Shown: positions 8,687 to 17,813, counted from the stretch's first letter. The stretch: 44,354 nucleotides of DNA from an uncultured Muribaculaceae bacterium (GCA_964461005.1 CAYWQQ010000002.1:1-44354); one strand, 5' to 3'. Notes: generated by a model from the letters alone, not told the origin. Numbers and translations: made by a program.

Positions 8687-8953
8687 TTACTCCTTAATTA
8701 AATAATTTTCAATATTTTGAATAAGAAAATCTTTCTTTTGCTCTCCGATAATTCTTTTTAATTCAATATTATCTTTGATTAAGATATAAACAGGTAATTT
8801 AGAAGTTATTTGATACGCTTTAGATTCTTCATCAAAATCTAAATCATAAGTAATAAATTCTATTTGTGGATATTGTAATTCCAGCTCTTTTATATTTTTT
8901 TTCATAATTAAACATGAAGAACACCACAAGGCACTAATACTAATAAATTTCAC
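8687..8953 (-). CDS. Small cytoplasmic thioredoxin-like protein (WCSSC)
   Basis: 88 aa. GTG start with SD GGAGG 7 nt upstream, abutting the cysteine desulfurase stop. Active-site-like WCSSC at residues 10-14. Trx-sized. Confidence 0.6.
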   Translation of the reverse strand: MKFISISALWCSSCLIMKKNIKELELQYPQIEFITYDLDFDEESKAYQITSKLPVYILIKDNIELKRIIGEQKKDFLIQNIENYLIKE

Positions 8954-10078
8954 TTATTTGCCTCCAAATTCTTGATAAATTGAGGCAAATTCTTTTTCAA
9001 AAATAGTTAATTCCTCTTCTGTTGTTATATGAGACAAACTAACTCTAATACTTGTTGAAGCTCTTTCTTCGCTGTTAGTTAAACTTAGCACTGATAAAGA
9101 TTGAGGCTTTTCACTAGAACAAGCACTTTTGGTAGAAATATAAATGTTTTTTTCACTTAATGCTTGTAATATTTTATCTGAATCAATTCCCAAAGTGCTA
9201 AAATTTAAAACATGAGGAACAGAAGCAGAAGGACTATTAATAATAATTTGAGAATATTTAGATAAAAATTCTCTCAATTTATTGTTATATCTATCTACTA
9301 AAGAAATTTTTTCTTGAAGATTGGTATTAACTAATTCTAAAGCTTTTGATAAAGAACAAATTAATTCTTGAGATGGTGTACCACTTCTATAAATCGAAGT
9401 ACTCTTGCCTCCTAAAATAATTGGTTCAATAGATATTTCTTCTTTTTTAATTAGTCCACCAATACCTTTTACGCCATAAATCTTATGACCAGAAAAAGAT
9501 GCTAAATCTATATTGGTTAAATCTATATTAGATTTTCCTACACATTGTGTCATATCTACATGAAAATAGCAATTACAACTTTCTTTTAATAATTTACCAA
9601 TTTCTTCAACTGGTTGCCTAATACCTATTTCGCTATCAACAGCTGTAATAGTTACCAAAATTGTATCTTTTCTTATTAAACTTTTTAAATGTTCAAGATC
9701 AATTAAACCTTCTGAAGTTAAATTAACAAAATCTATTGCAAAACCATTTTTTTCAAGATAACTTAAAGGTGCAATAATAGAAGAATGTTCTAATTTGCTA
9801 GTTATTATGTGTTTTCCTTCTTTATAGTGATTTAAGGCTATCCCTTTTATAGCTAAATTGTTTGACTCGGTTGATCCACTAGTATAAATTATTTCTTCAG
9901 GTTTTACTTTAAATATTTCGGCTATTTTAATAGTTTCTTGTTCAATTAATGCCTTTGCACTTTTACCTAAAGCATGTGAAGAATTTGAATTTCCACCAAA
10001 ATTTTTAGATACAAAATTAAATGTATCTAATACTTCTTGATTAATTGGAGTTGTTGCTGAATAATCTAAATAAATCAT
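8954..10078 (-). CDS. Cysteine desulfurase, NifS/IscS-like class V aminotransferase
   Basis: 374 aa. PLP-lysine context SFSGHKIYG, catalytic loop STKSACSS, N-terminal IYLDYSATTP. Confidence 0.85.
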   Translation of the reverse strand: MIYLDYSATTPINQEVLDTFNFVSKNFGGNSNSSHALGKSAKALIEQETIKIAEIFKVKPEEIIYTSGSTESNNLAIKGIALNHYKEGKHIITSKLEHSSIIAPLSYLEKNGFAIDFVNLTSEGLIDLEHLKSLIRKDTILVTITAVDSEIGIRQPVEEIGKLLKESCNCYFHVDMTQCVGKSNIDLTNIDLASFSGHKIYGVKGIGGLIKKEEISIEPIILGGKSTSIYRSGTPSQELICSLSKALELVNTNLQEKISLVDRYNNKLREFLSKYSQIIINSPSASVPHVLNFSTLGIDSDKILQALSEKNIYISTKSACSSEKPQSLSVLSLTNSEERASTSIRVSLSHITTEEELTIFEKEFASIYQEFGGK

Positions 10079-10104
10079 TTTTTCACTTCCTAAAAAATAT
10101 TATA

Positions 10105-11352
10105 TCATTTTTTGCCGTTTTCCAATATATTTAACATCTCTTTTTTATATATTTCTACTCCTGGTTGGTCAAAAGGATTTACATCCAAAAGAATCGCACT
10201 TAAAGCACAAGCTTTTTCAAAAAAATATACAAGATAGCCAAAATAGTAATCACTAATCTCAGGAATGCTAATCATAATATTTGGAACTTCACCTATAGTA
10301 TGAGCTTTTAAAGTGCCTTCTAACGCTATATTGTTTATTTGATTTAAACTCTCTCCATTCACATTATCTTTAGAATTTATTATTAAGTCTTGTTTAGGTT
10401 TATTTATTTTAATAATAGTCTCAAACATATTTCTTGGGCCTTCTTGAACATATTGTCCTAAAGAATGCAAATCAGTTGAATATATGATAGGAATAGGAAA
10501 AAGGCCTTTTTTATCTTTTCCTTCCGATTCACCAAAAAGTTGTTGATGCCAATAACCAAAACTTCTAAAAGCTGGTTCATAACTACAAAACAATTCAAAT
10601 TGTTTTTTATTATTATACAAATGATTTCTAATCAAGACATATTGATAACAATAATTATCATAAATTGAATTTATTGAACAATCTTCATAAGCAGCTCGAG
10701 CACCTTTTAATACTTCTTCTATATCTATTCCGCCACATGCCAATGGCAAAAGCCCAACACTCGTTAATACCGAATATCTCCCACCAATATCAGAAGGTAT
10801 TTCAAAAGATTCATAATTCTCTTGATTGACCATTTCTCTTAATGTACCAGTATTCTTATCGGTTATAACATAAATTCTTTCTTTAGAAGATAATTCTCCA
10901 TATTTATTAATTAAAAATTCTTTTATGAAACCAAAGGCTATTGAAGTTTCTAAGGTTTTGCCTGATTTAGAAATAACAATTAATGATACTTCTTTATTTT
11001 TAATATAGTCTAATACTTCTTTTAAATAATTCGAGCTAAAAGAATTACCAACAAAAATTATTTCTAAATCTTTGGGAAAATAAGACCTTAACATTTTTAA
11101 TCCGGCTTCACTTCCTAAATATGATCCACCAATACCAGCGATAATTAAAACTTCGCTATTAGTTTTTATTTTATTTGATACTTTTTTTATTTTCTCTATT
11201 TCTAAAACGTTTATATCATTCGGTAAATCAAGCCATCCTATATTTTTTTTATATTCTTCTCTTAATTTTTTTTCAGCTAAAGCAATTTTTTTTTGATAAT
11301 CATTTAATTTGTCAATATTATTTCCATAATATTCTAATTTTATTTTTTCCAT
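10105..11352 (-). CDS. pgi: Glucose-6-phosphate isomerase
   Basis: 415 aa. GIGGSYLG, SKSGKTLET, GGRYSVL and GESEGK motifs of short Firmicute-type PGI. Confidence 0.9.
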   Translation of the reverse strand: MEKIKLEYYGNNIDKLNDYQKKIALAEKKLREEYKKNIGWLDLPNDINVLEIEKIKKVSNKIKTNSEVLIIAGIGGSYLGSEAGLKMLRSYFPKDLEIIFVGNSFSSNYLKEVLDYIKNKEVSLIVISKSGKTLETSIAFGFIKEFLINKYGELSSKERIYVITDKNTGTLREMVNQENYESFEIPSDIGGRYSVLTSVGLLPLACGGIDIEEVLKGARAAYEDCSINSIYDNYCYQYVLIRNHLYNNKKQFELFCSYEPAFRSFGYWHQQLFGESEGKDKKGLFPIPIIYSTDLHSLGQYVQEGPRNMFETIIKINKPKQDLIINSKDNVNGESLNQINNIALEGTLKAHTIGEVPNIMISIPEISDYYFGYLVYFFEKACALSAILLDVNPFDQPGVEIYKKEMLNILENGKK

Positions 11353-11460
11353 AATACCAACTCCTATTTTAATAATTATACTATAAAAGAATGCAAAAAT
11401 AAAATTTTTTAGTTATATGTACTTATATTTTTTTATTATCCTTAAATATCAGATTTATAA

Positions 11461-11491
11461 ACAAAAAAACTGATGTTTGAAATCAGTTTTT
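11461..11491 (-). terminator. Intrinsic terminator downstream of tRNA-Gly
   Basis: 9-bp stem aaaactgat/atcagtttt (11466-11474 / 11482-11490) with a 7-nt loop, followed by a T-run on the minus strand. Confidence 0.6.
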
Positions 11492-11527
11492 AATAATTAA
11501 GTCAGAATGTTCTGGCTTTTTTTCTTC

Positions 11528-11601
11528 TGGAGCAGGTGATGGGAATCGAACCCACGTGGTCAGCTTGGAAGGCTGACGTTCTACCATTAAACTACACCTG
11601 C
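11528..11601 (-). tRNA. tRNA-Gly (anticodon UCC), CCA encoded
   Basis: The reverse complement GCAGGTGTAGTTTAATGGTAGAACGTCAGCCTTCCAAGCTGACCACGTGGGTTCGATTCCCATCACCTGCTCCA folds as a cloverleaf. Anticodon loop CTTCCAA, T-loop GGTTCGATTCC. Confidence 0.93.
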
Positions 11602-11681
11602 ATAATCAAAGAGTACGTATATAATTATACTTATTTTATAAAGATTGTCAACTTATATCAAAAAGTAAAGAGAATAGTTTT

Positions 11682-12032
11682 TTATCTCTTTACTTTTTGA
11701 TATCCCTCTTTTTCGATATGTAAATTATATATTGTTTCTTGTTGCTCCAATTCTTTTAATTCTTCAATTCTATTATCGTTTTTATTCCATTCATAACAAA
11801 AAACTAATGGTTCTTCTTGATTTTCTTCAAGTAAATAAGAAAATTTTATTGTTTCACCAAAAAAATCATTATAATAAGTTTTTAATTCTTGTAAAATTTC
11901 TTTATCATTACAAATAACCATTAAACTTTCATTTTTAATATAGATTGTTTTTACTTTATGACTCTTATAATAGTAATAGTCTACTCCCGTATTAGGATTT
12001 TTTATAAAAATTAAATTCAAATTTTTTTTCAT
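11682..12032 (-). CDS. Hypothetical protein (116 aa)
   Basis: ORF with a strong SD (AAGGGGGAAG). No recognisable motif. Confidence 0.5.
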   Translation of the reverse strand: MKKNLNLIFIKNPNTGVDYYYYKSHKVKTIYIKNESLMVICNDKEILQELKTYYNDFFGETIKFSYLLEENQEEPLVFCYEWNKNDNRIEELKELEQQETIYNLHIEKEGYQKVKR

Positions 12033-12090
12033 ATAATCTTCCCCCTTAAAGAAGAGATTATTATAACATATTTGTTTAAAATTTCAATAG

Positions 12091-12549
12091 TTATTTGTGA
12101 TATTTTTCATTATTTAATATTTTTAAAGAGCGATATATTTGTTCTAAAATAATTAAACGAAATAATTGATGTGGAAAAGTTAATTTTGAAAAAGAAATTA
12201 GCTTTTTACTGATTTTTTTAATATCTTCATGTAATCCATTAGAACCACCAATAATAAAATTAATATTACCTTGAGATTTAACAAAAGCACTTTCAACTTC
12301 TTTAGAAAATTCTACAGAAGTTAATCCGTTTCCATCTATATCTAAAACAATATTGTAATCATTATCTTTAATGTTTTTTAAAATCTTTTCTTTTTCTTTT
12401 ATCAAATTTTTTTGTTCTTCATCGAAAGATTCATCAGCTATTTCAATGATTTCTATTTTCATATATTTATTAATTCTTTTTAAATAATCTTCAATACCCA
12501 CTTTTAAATAACTTTTGGTTATTTTACCAACACAGATAATTTTTATCAT
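12091..12549 (-). CDS. rlmH: 23S rRNA (pseudouridine1915-N3)-methyltransferase RlmH
   Basis: 152 aa. MIKIICVGKI..., IIGGSNGL and SFSKLTFPHQL are typical of the SPOUT RlmH/YbeA family. ATGA overlap with the upstream MBL gene. Confidence 0.85.
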   Translation of the reverse strand: MIKIICVGKITKSYLKVGIEDYLKRINKYMKIEIIEIADESFDEEQKNLIKEKEKILKNIKDNDYNIVLDIDGNGLTSVEFSKEVESAFVKSQGNINFIIGGSNGLHEDIKKISKKLISFSKLTFPHQLFRLIILEQIYRSLKILNNEKYHK

Positions 12550-13292
12550 ATTTCAATGACCTCACTCATTTCACTCTGTGATGTAACTATTAATTTAAAT
12601 TGAGGCTCTTCTATTATTTCCAAATATGTTTCTAAAGCTTTTTCTTTGGTATTGTTTTCTTGACTTAAATGGGCTAAAAATATGTATTTTGTTTTATCAC
12701 CGGCAAATTTTTTCATATATTTAGCAGAATCTATATTAGATAAATGACCTTCATCACTAGCAATTCTTTGTTTTAAATGAAAAGGATATTCTCCATTATA
12801 AAGCATTTCCAAATCATAATTACTTTCGATGATATATACTTCTTTATTTTTTAGTTTAGAAAAATATTTTTCATTTATATAACCAGTATCAGTTATATAA
12901 ACAACTTTATTATTAATAATAAAACCTACTGAATCATCTACATCATGAGATGTTTTAATAATTTTAATATTAAAATTAAAAATATCAAAATCTTCCTCAT
13001 AATAACTCAATTCAATGTTTTGAACATAATTATTAAGATTCTTTTTCATTTTTGGTGTTATAAATACTTGGGGTTGGTATTTTTCATAAAAACGTTTCAA
13101 GCCACAAACGTGATCAGTGTGCGTATGGGTTACTAATACCGCATCGATGTCTTTAGCTTCTACATTTATTTCTTTCAAACTATTTTCAATATAATTACAA
13201 GACATTCCAATATCTAAAAGAAGACGCTTGCCTGCATCTTCAATATACGTAACGTTTCCTTTACTTCCACTACTTAATACGACTATTTTCAT
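12546..13292 (-). CDS. MBL-fold metallo-hydrolase, YycJ/WalJ-like
   Basis: 248 aa. LSSGSKGN, HTHTDH motif. Syntenic with the yycJ-rlmH arrangement of Bacillota. Confidence 0.8.
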   Translation of the reverse strand: MKIVVLSSGSKGNVTYIEDAGKRLLLDIGMSCNYIENSLKEINVEAKDIDAVLVTHTHTDHVCGLKRFYEKYQPQVFITPKMKKNLNNYVQNIELSYYEEDFDIFNFNIKIIKTSHDVDDSVGFIINNKVVYITDTGYINEKYFSKLKNKEVYIIESNYDLEMLYNGEYPFHLKQRIASDEGHLSNIDSAKYMKKFAGDKTKYIFLAHLSQENNTKEKALETYLEIIEEPQFKLIVTSQSEMSEVIEI

Positions 13293-14635
13293 TATTCTTC
13301 CTTGTCTTCTTTTTTATAATTTAAGAATGTTCCTGTATTTCTTTTAAACAATAAATCAACTGATCCTGTAGGTCCACTACGGTTTTTATTAATTATAAAT
13401 TCACTTTCACTAGTAAAGTCATCCGATCTAGCCTCTTTATTATAATAGTCTTCACGATATAAGAATGCAACAATATCAGCATCTTGTTCTATTGAACCAG
13501 ATTCTCTTAAATCACTCATTAACGGCCTTTTGTCATCTCTTTTTTCAACTTCACGAGAAAGTTGTGCTACTGATATAACTGGAATATTTAATTCTAAAGC
13601 CATTGTTTTTAAAGAACGAGAAATTTCTGATACTTCTTGTTGACGATTACCAAGAAAATTACTTCCCGTTGAAACTAATTGTAAGTAATCAATTACAACT
13701 AAATCTAATCCGTCTGGCATACTTGATAAACGGCGACATTTAGATTTTATTTCTCCTACTGTAATCCCCGGAGTATCATCAATATATATATTTGCATCAG
13801 CCAATTGACTAATTGCTTCATTAACTCTTTTCCAATCACTATGTTCTAACTTACCTGTTCTCAATTTGTTTAATGGAATTTGTCCTAATGAAGAAATCAT
13901 TCTGGTTGCTAATTGCTCAGCATTCATTTCTAAGTTAAATATGGCTACTGTTTTTTTATTTGCTGCTGCAAAAGTCGCAACGTTTAACGCAAAAGCAGTT
14001 TTACCCATACCAGGCCTTGCAGCTATAACTATTAATTCTGTTTCGTGAAATCCAGATGTCATTTTATCCACATTACCAAAACCAGTTGCTAATCCCGTTA
14101 TTTCATTTGCATTACTTGCTAATGCTTCTAAATCTGCTTGTGTTTTTGTTAAAATATCTTGAATATTTCTAAATTCACTACCTTTTCTTAGTTTAGAAAC
14201 ACTAAATATTTTTCTCTCAGCTCCATCAATTAAATCATTAAAATTTAATGCTTCATCATAAGCACTTGTAGCTATTTCATTGGCTGTATCAATTAATTTT
14301 CTTACTAATGCTTTTTGATTAACTAAGCTAATATAGTAATCAACATTAGCGGCAGTAGGAACTGAATTTACAATTGTTAATAAATATTCAGTATCACCAA
14401 TCGCCTTTAATTCTTTTTTGTCTTTTAGTTTAGCACTAACTGTTGTCATATCGATAGGTGTATTTTCATTTTTTAATTCAATTAAACAATCATATATTTT
14501 AGCATGTGCTTCAGAATAAAAAGAATCACGAGAAATTTCATCACTTATTTTTTGCAAAGCATATTTTGATAAAAAAGCTGCCCCTAAAACAGATTGCTCT
14601 GCAGATAAATTATGTGGTACTACTCTTTCGTTCAT
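13292..14635 (-). CDS. dnaB: Replicative DNA helicase DnaB (DnaC in Bacillus nomenclature)
   Basis: PHNLSAEQSVLGA N-domain, Walker A ARPGMGKT, DYLQL, SRSLK and QLSR motifs. I moved the start to ATG 14635 (SD AAGGTG); the track start 14644 is the GTG within that SD. Confidence 0.93.
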   Translation of the reverse strand: MNERVVPHNLSAEQSVLGAAFLSKYALQKISDEISRDSFYSEAHAKIYDCLIELKNENTPIDMTTVSAKLKDKKELKAIGDTEYLLTIVNSVPTAANVDYYISLVNQKALVRKLIDTANEIATSAYDEALNFNDLIDGAERKIFSVSKLRKGSEFRNIQDILTKTQADLEALASNANEITGLATGFGNVDKMTSGFHETELIVIAARPGMGKTAFALNVATFAAANKKTVAIFNLEMNAEQLATRMISSLGQIPLNKLRTGKLEHSDWKRVNEAISQLADANIYIDDTPGITVGEIKSKCRRLSSMPDGLDLVVIDYLQLVSTGSNFLGNRQQEVSEISRSLKTMALELNIPVISVAQLSREVEKRDDKRPLMSDLRESGSIEQDADIVAFLYREDYYNKEARSDDFTSESEFIINKNRSGPTGSVDLLFKRNTGTFLNYKKEDKEE

Positions 14636-14645
14636 ATATATCACC

Positions 14646-15089
14646 TTATTCCTTAATTATTTCTATTTTTAAATCAGCTTCAACTTTTTGATCTAAAGCT
14701 ATTTTAACACAATGTATTCCTAAAGTAGATAAATTATTAATAATATTAATTTGTTTCTTTTCAATTTGATAGCCTTTTTCAATTAATTCTTTTTCTATCT
14801 GTTTAGAAGAAATACTACCAAAAACTTTATCTTTATCCCCTGTTTTAATTCTAAACAATAATTTTTCGGTTTCTATTTCTTTTTTTAATTTTAAACTATT
14901 TTCTAATTCAATTTGTTTCTTTGTTTCATTGTCTTTAATTTGTTTATCTAACATTTTGAGATTAGATTCAGTAGCCGCTACAGCTAATTTTTTAGCAATC
15001 AAATAATTATTTGCATAACCTGAACTTACTTCTTTTATTTCGTTTTTCTTTCCTTGACCTTTTACATCAACTAAAAATATTACTTTCAT
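14646..15089 (-). CDS. rplI: 50S ribosomal protein L9
   Basis: [30 protein letters not shown] is the canonical L9 N-terminus. Confidence 0.92.
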   Translation of the reverse strand: MKVIFLVDVKGQGKKNEIKEVSSGYANNYLIAKKLAVAATESNLKMLDKQIKDNETKKQIELENSLKLKKEIETEKLLFRIKTGDKDKVFGSISSKQIEKELIEKGYQIEKKQINIINNLSTLGIHCVKIALDQKVEADLKIEIIKE

Positions 15090-16057
15090 TATTTAACCCC
15101 CAATATATTTTTTAAATTTTCAGCCACTTCAGCAATTGACTTATTATCGATTTGAGTAGCAGCCTCATTATTATGGCCACCTCCACCCATTTTTCTCATG
15201 ATTTCTTGAACATTAATTTTACCAATTGATCTGGCACTAATTCCTATTTGCTCATGATCTAATTTTCCAATTGTAAATGCAAAATCAATATTTTTTAATA
15301 AAACTATACTCTCAGATATTTTTGCTAAGTCTTCAGCTTTATATAACTTATTTTCTTTTCCTAAAGCAATTAAACAATTGTCATATTTCTTAGCATTGAT
15401 AATGACTTCCGTTCTATCAACATAATCATTAAAGTCCTCTTCCATTAAATAAAACAATTCATCTGATAATGCACCACATTTATATAAATATGCTGCTCCT
15501 TCATGGGTTTTTTGACTTATTCTACTTAAAAAACTATTGCTATCAACATATATTCCAGACAGCATAATAGTAGCTATATAAGGTGGAATATATATATCAT
15601 AGTATTTCAACATTTCTATAACTATTTCAACTGAACTTGACTGTTCACTACAAATATATCCGTATTTATAGCTGCTATCTTCTAAATCATTGTTTATATG
15701 ATGATCAATTATAATTATATTTTCGATTGTTTTAGCTGCTAATTCACTTTGAGTTAATAATAGATTACTTGTATCTACAATGATTAACAAACTTTCTTTA
15801 TCAATATTAATTTGATTATATTTTTTTATTTCAATATCAATGTTATTTTTTTTGATGTTTTGTAAAGAGAGTTTTACGCCATCTTCAAAAGAATCCTCTT
15901 CAATCAATAAAGTGGCTCTTTTACCTAATGATTTAACAAAATAATATAAACCTAAAGAAGAACCCAAGCCATCTAAATCCAGTCTTTTATGAGACATAAT
16001 TATTACTTGAGAGGAGTTTAGTACTAATGATTTTATTTTTTCAATATCTATTTGCAT
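15089..16057 (-). CDS. Stand-alone DHH/DHHA1 phosphoesterase (NrnA/GdpP-catalytic-domain-like)
   Basis: [15 protein letters not shown] (DHH) and GGGGH (DHHA1) motifs. Start taken at ATG 16057 (SD AAGGAG 8 nt upstream) rather than GTG 16066. No TM, PAS or GGDEF-like N-terminal part. Confidence 0.8.
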   Translation of the reverse strand: MQIDIEKIKSLVLNSSQVIIMSHKRLDLDGLGSSLGLYYFVKSLGKRATLLIEEDSFEDGVKLSLQNIKKNNIDIEIKKYNQINIDKESLLIIVDTSNLLLTQSELAAKTIENIIIIDHHINNDLEDSSYKYGYICSEQSSSVEIVIEMLKYYDIYIPPYIATIMLSGIYVDSNSFLSRISQKTHEGAAYLYKCGALSDELFYLMEEDFNDYVDRTEVIINAKKYDNCLIALGKENKLYKAEDLAKISESIVLLKNIDFAFTIGKLDHEQIGISARSIGKINVQEIMRKMGGGGHNNEAATQIDNKSIAEVAENLKNILGVK

Positions 16058-16090
16058 TGTATCCACTCCTTTTTCTATATTATACTATAA

Positions 16091-16120
16091 AATAAATAAA
16101 AAAAGATAATTGCTTATCTT
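16091..16120 (-). terminator. Intrinsic terminator after rpsR
   Basis: Stem aagataa/ttatctt (16103-16109 / 16114-16120), loop ttgc, then a T-run on the minus strand. Confidence 0.6.
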
Positions 16121-16121
16121 T

Positions 16122-16337
16122 TTATTTTGAAAATGGTACTAAAGCCATAAAACGTGCTCTCTTAACTTGAGTTGAAATAAATCTTTGATGTTTTGCACAT
16201 GCTCCTGAAACTCTTCTAGGAACAATTTTATTTTTTTCGTTAATATATTTTCTAATGATTTCAACATCTTTATAATCTACTGTTTTTCCAGCACACATTT
16301 GGCATATCTTTTTTCTACGTCTAAAATTTTCAGCCAT
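16122..16337 (-). CDS. rpsR: 30S ribosomal protein S18
   Basis: 71 aa. RRRKKICQMC...DYKDVEIIRKYI...RFMALVPF is canonical S18. Confidence 0.95.
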   Translation of the reverse strand: MAENFRRRKKICQMCAGKTVDYKDVEIIRKYINEKNKIVPRRVSGACAKHQRFISTQVKRARFMALVPFSK

Positions 16338-16355
16338 TTATACTTCCTCCTTTAA

Positions 16356-16811
16356 TTAAAAGGCAATGTCATCTTCGCTTAATTCTACTGTTTCACCAAA
16401 ATCTGCAAAAGGTTCATCACTAATATCTGTAGAAGTAGGAACCTCTTGATTTTCATATCCACTAAAATCTCTTGGACTAACATTATCTTTTTGATTTTTT
16501 GATTCTAAAAATTGCACATTATCTGCTACAACTTCTGTTATATATACTTTTTTACCTTCAGGATTATCATAACTTCTAGTTTGGATACGGCCATCAATTC
16601 CAACCAAACTACCTTTAGATAAATATTTTTTTGCATTCTCAGCTTGTTTTCTCCAAACAACTATATTAATAAAATCTGCTTCTCTTTCTCCAGATTGATT
16701 AGCAAAAGTACGATTAATTGCAATAGTAAAATTTGCTACTGCTATATTATTGCTTAAATATTTCAATTCAGGATCTTTTGTCAATCTTCCAACTAAAAAT
16801 GTTTTATTCAT
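16356..16811 (-). CDS. ssb: Single-stranded DNA-binding protein
   Basis: MNKTFLVGRLTKDPELKY OB-fold N-terminus and acidic C-terminal tail ending DDIAF. Confidence 0.93.
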   Translation of the reverse strand: MNKTFLVGRLTKDPELKYLSNNIAVANFTIAINRTFANQSGEREADFINIVVWRKQAENAKKYLSKGSLVGIDGRIQTRSYDNPEGKKVYITEVVADNVQFLESKNQKDNVSPRDFSGYENQEVPTSTDISDEPFADFGETVELSEDDIAF

Positions 16812-16820
16812 ATCTTACTC

Positions 16821-17105
16821 CTATTCTTCTAATTTAATAATCATATGGCGAACGATTTCTTCGCTTAATAATGCTAAACGATCAAATTCTTTAACAGCTT
16901 CTTTTGAAGCTTCAATTTGATATAAATAGTAATAACCATGTTTAAACTTTTTAATTTCATATGCTAGTTCTTTTTGACCTAGTTCTTTTGAAGAAATAAT
17001 TTTGGCTTTATTGTCAGTTAAAACTTTTTCAAAGTTACTAACAGTTTCCTTTATTTTTCCTTCTTCTAGATCAGGTCTAACAATATACATGATTTCATAT
17101 TTCAT
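16821..17105 (-). CDS. rpsF: 30S ribosomal protein S6
   Basis: MKYEIMYIVRP... Start moved to ATG 17105 (SD GGAGG 8 nt upstream); the track start is the GTG inside the SD. Confidence 0.93.
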   Translation of the reverse strand: MKYEIMYIVRPDLEEGKIKETVSNFEKVLTDNKAKIISSKELGQKELAYEIKKFKHGYYYLYQIEASKEAVKEFDRLALLSEEIVRHMIIKLEE

Positions 17106-17168
17106 ACCTGACACCTCCTTCTGGTCTAATGGCTTTCTCTAAGAAAGCAAGGAGTAAATTAATACTCG
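17106..17168 (-). promoter_or_regulatory. rpsF 5' leader with SD-sequestering helix (candidate S6:S18 autoregulatory leader)
   Basis: On the minus strand, CTCCTT (17149-17154) can pair with the SD AAGGAG (17115-17120). This helix is stacked on the hairpin GCTTTCT-TAG-AGAAAGC (17132-17148), with an 11-nt 3'-side internal loop CATTAGACCAG (17121-17131). Confidence 0.4.
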
Positions 17169-17174
17169 AACACA

Positions 17175-17203
17175 ATTATAACAATTATTTAAAATAAAGT
17201 AAA
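17175..17203 (-). promoter_or_regulatory. Putative rpsF-ssb-rpsR promoter
   Basis: -35 TTTACT (17203-17198), 17-nt spacer, extended -10 TGTTATAAT (17183-17175). Confidence 0.55.
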
Positions 17204-17229
17204 TGAAAAAAACATTTTTTAAATATTAT

Positions 17230-17258
17230 TTGAAATTAAAGATATTTTTTGCTATACT
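17230..17258 (+). promoter_or_regulatory. Putative promoter of the plus-strand LemA-like gene
   Basis: -35 TTGAAA (17230-17235), 17-nt spacer ending in TGC, -10 TATACT (17253-17258). SD AAGGTG precedes ATG 17283. Confidence 0.55.
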
Positions 17259-17282
17259 CAATTATAGAATTAAGGTGAAAAT

Positions 17283-17813
17283 ATGATTTGGTTTTTAATA
17301 TTTATTCTAATAATATTTGGTTTTTGCTTCTATTATGCCTATATTTATAATTTATTTCAAAATTTGATAATTAAAATTAATGAAGCTGAAAATCAAATAG
17401 ATATAACATTAAGAGAAAGATTTGATTTATTAGTAAATGCCGCAACATTTATTAAAGAAAAAATCGAAATTGAAATAATGACTGAATTAAAAGAACTAAA
17501 TAAAGAAGAATTATCTAGTTTTAGTTTAGAAAGAAAATTGATTAATTTATCAAAAGAATTTTATGAATCTAAATACAAATATAAAAATTTAAGTAAAATC
17601 GAAGATTATATTAAAATTGAATTTGAATTAAAAGAAAACGAAGCTAGCTTAGATGGTTTTATTGAACACTATAACAAAAATATTACTTCTTATAATAAAT
17701 TAATAAAAATTTTACTTAGTAATATAATTGCAAAAATTCATAAATTTAAAATTAGAAATTATTATGATGGTAAAAACTTAGAAGATAAAAACGTTAATGA
17801 TTTTAAATTATAA
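17283..17813 (+). CDS. LemA-family membrane protein
   Basis: N-terminal TM, then YNLFQNLIIKINEAENQIDITLRERFDLL and ...HYNKNITSYNKLI, following the LemA pattern (YN.L...id.qL.rR.dL ... YN..v..YN). One of only two plus-strand genes. Confidence 0.6.
   Translation: MIWFLIFILIIFGFCFYYAYIYNLFQNLIIKINEAENQIDITLRERFDLLVNAATFIKEKIEIEIMTELKELNKEELSSFSLERKLINLSKEFYESKYKYKNLSKIEDYIKIEFELKENEASLDGFIEHYNKNITSYNKLIKILLSNIIAKIHKFKIRNYYDGKNLEDKNVNDFKL

Noticed and set aside
11540-11556. A 17-nt exact repeat, tgggaatcgaacccacg, shared between 11540-11556 and 30316-30332. I considered it as attL/attR-like repeats bracketing a mobile element.
   Set aside because: Both copies are the T-arm regions of the tRNA-Gly and tRNA-His genes themselves. 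The 19 kb between them is core housekeeping (dnaB, ribosomal proteins, tuf, fusA) and contains no integrase.
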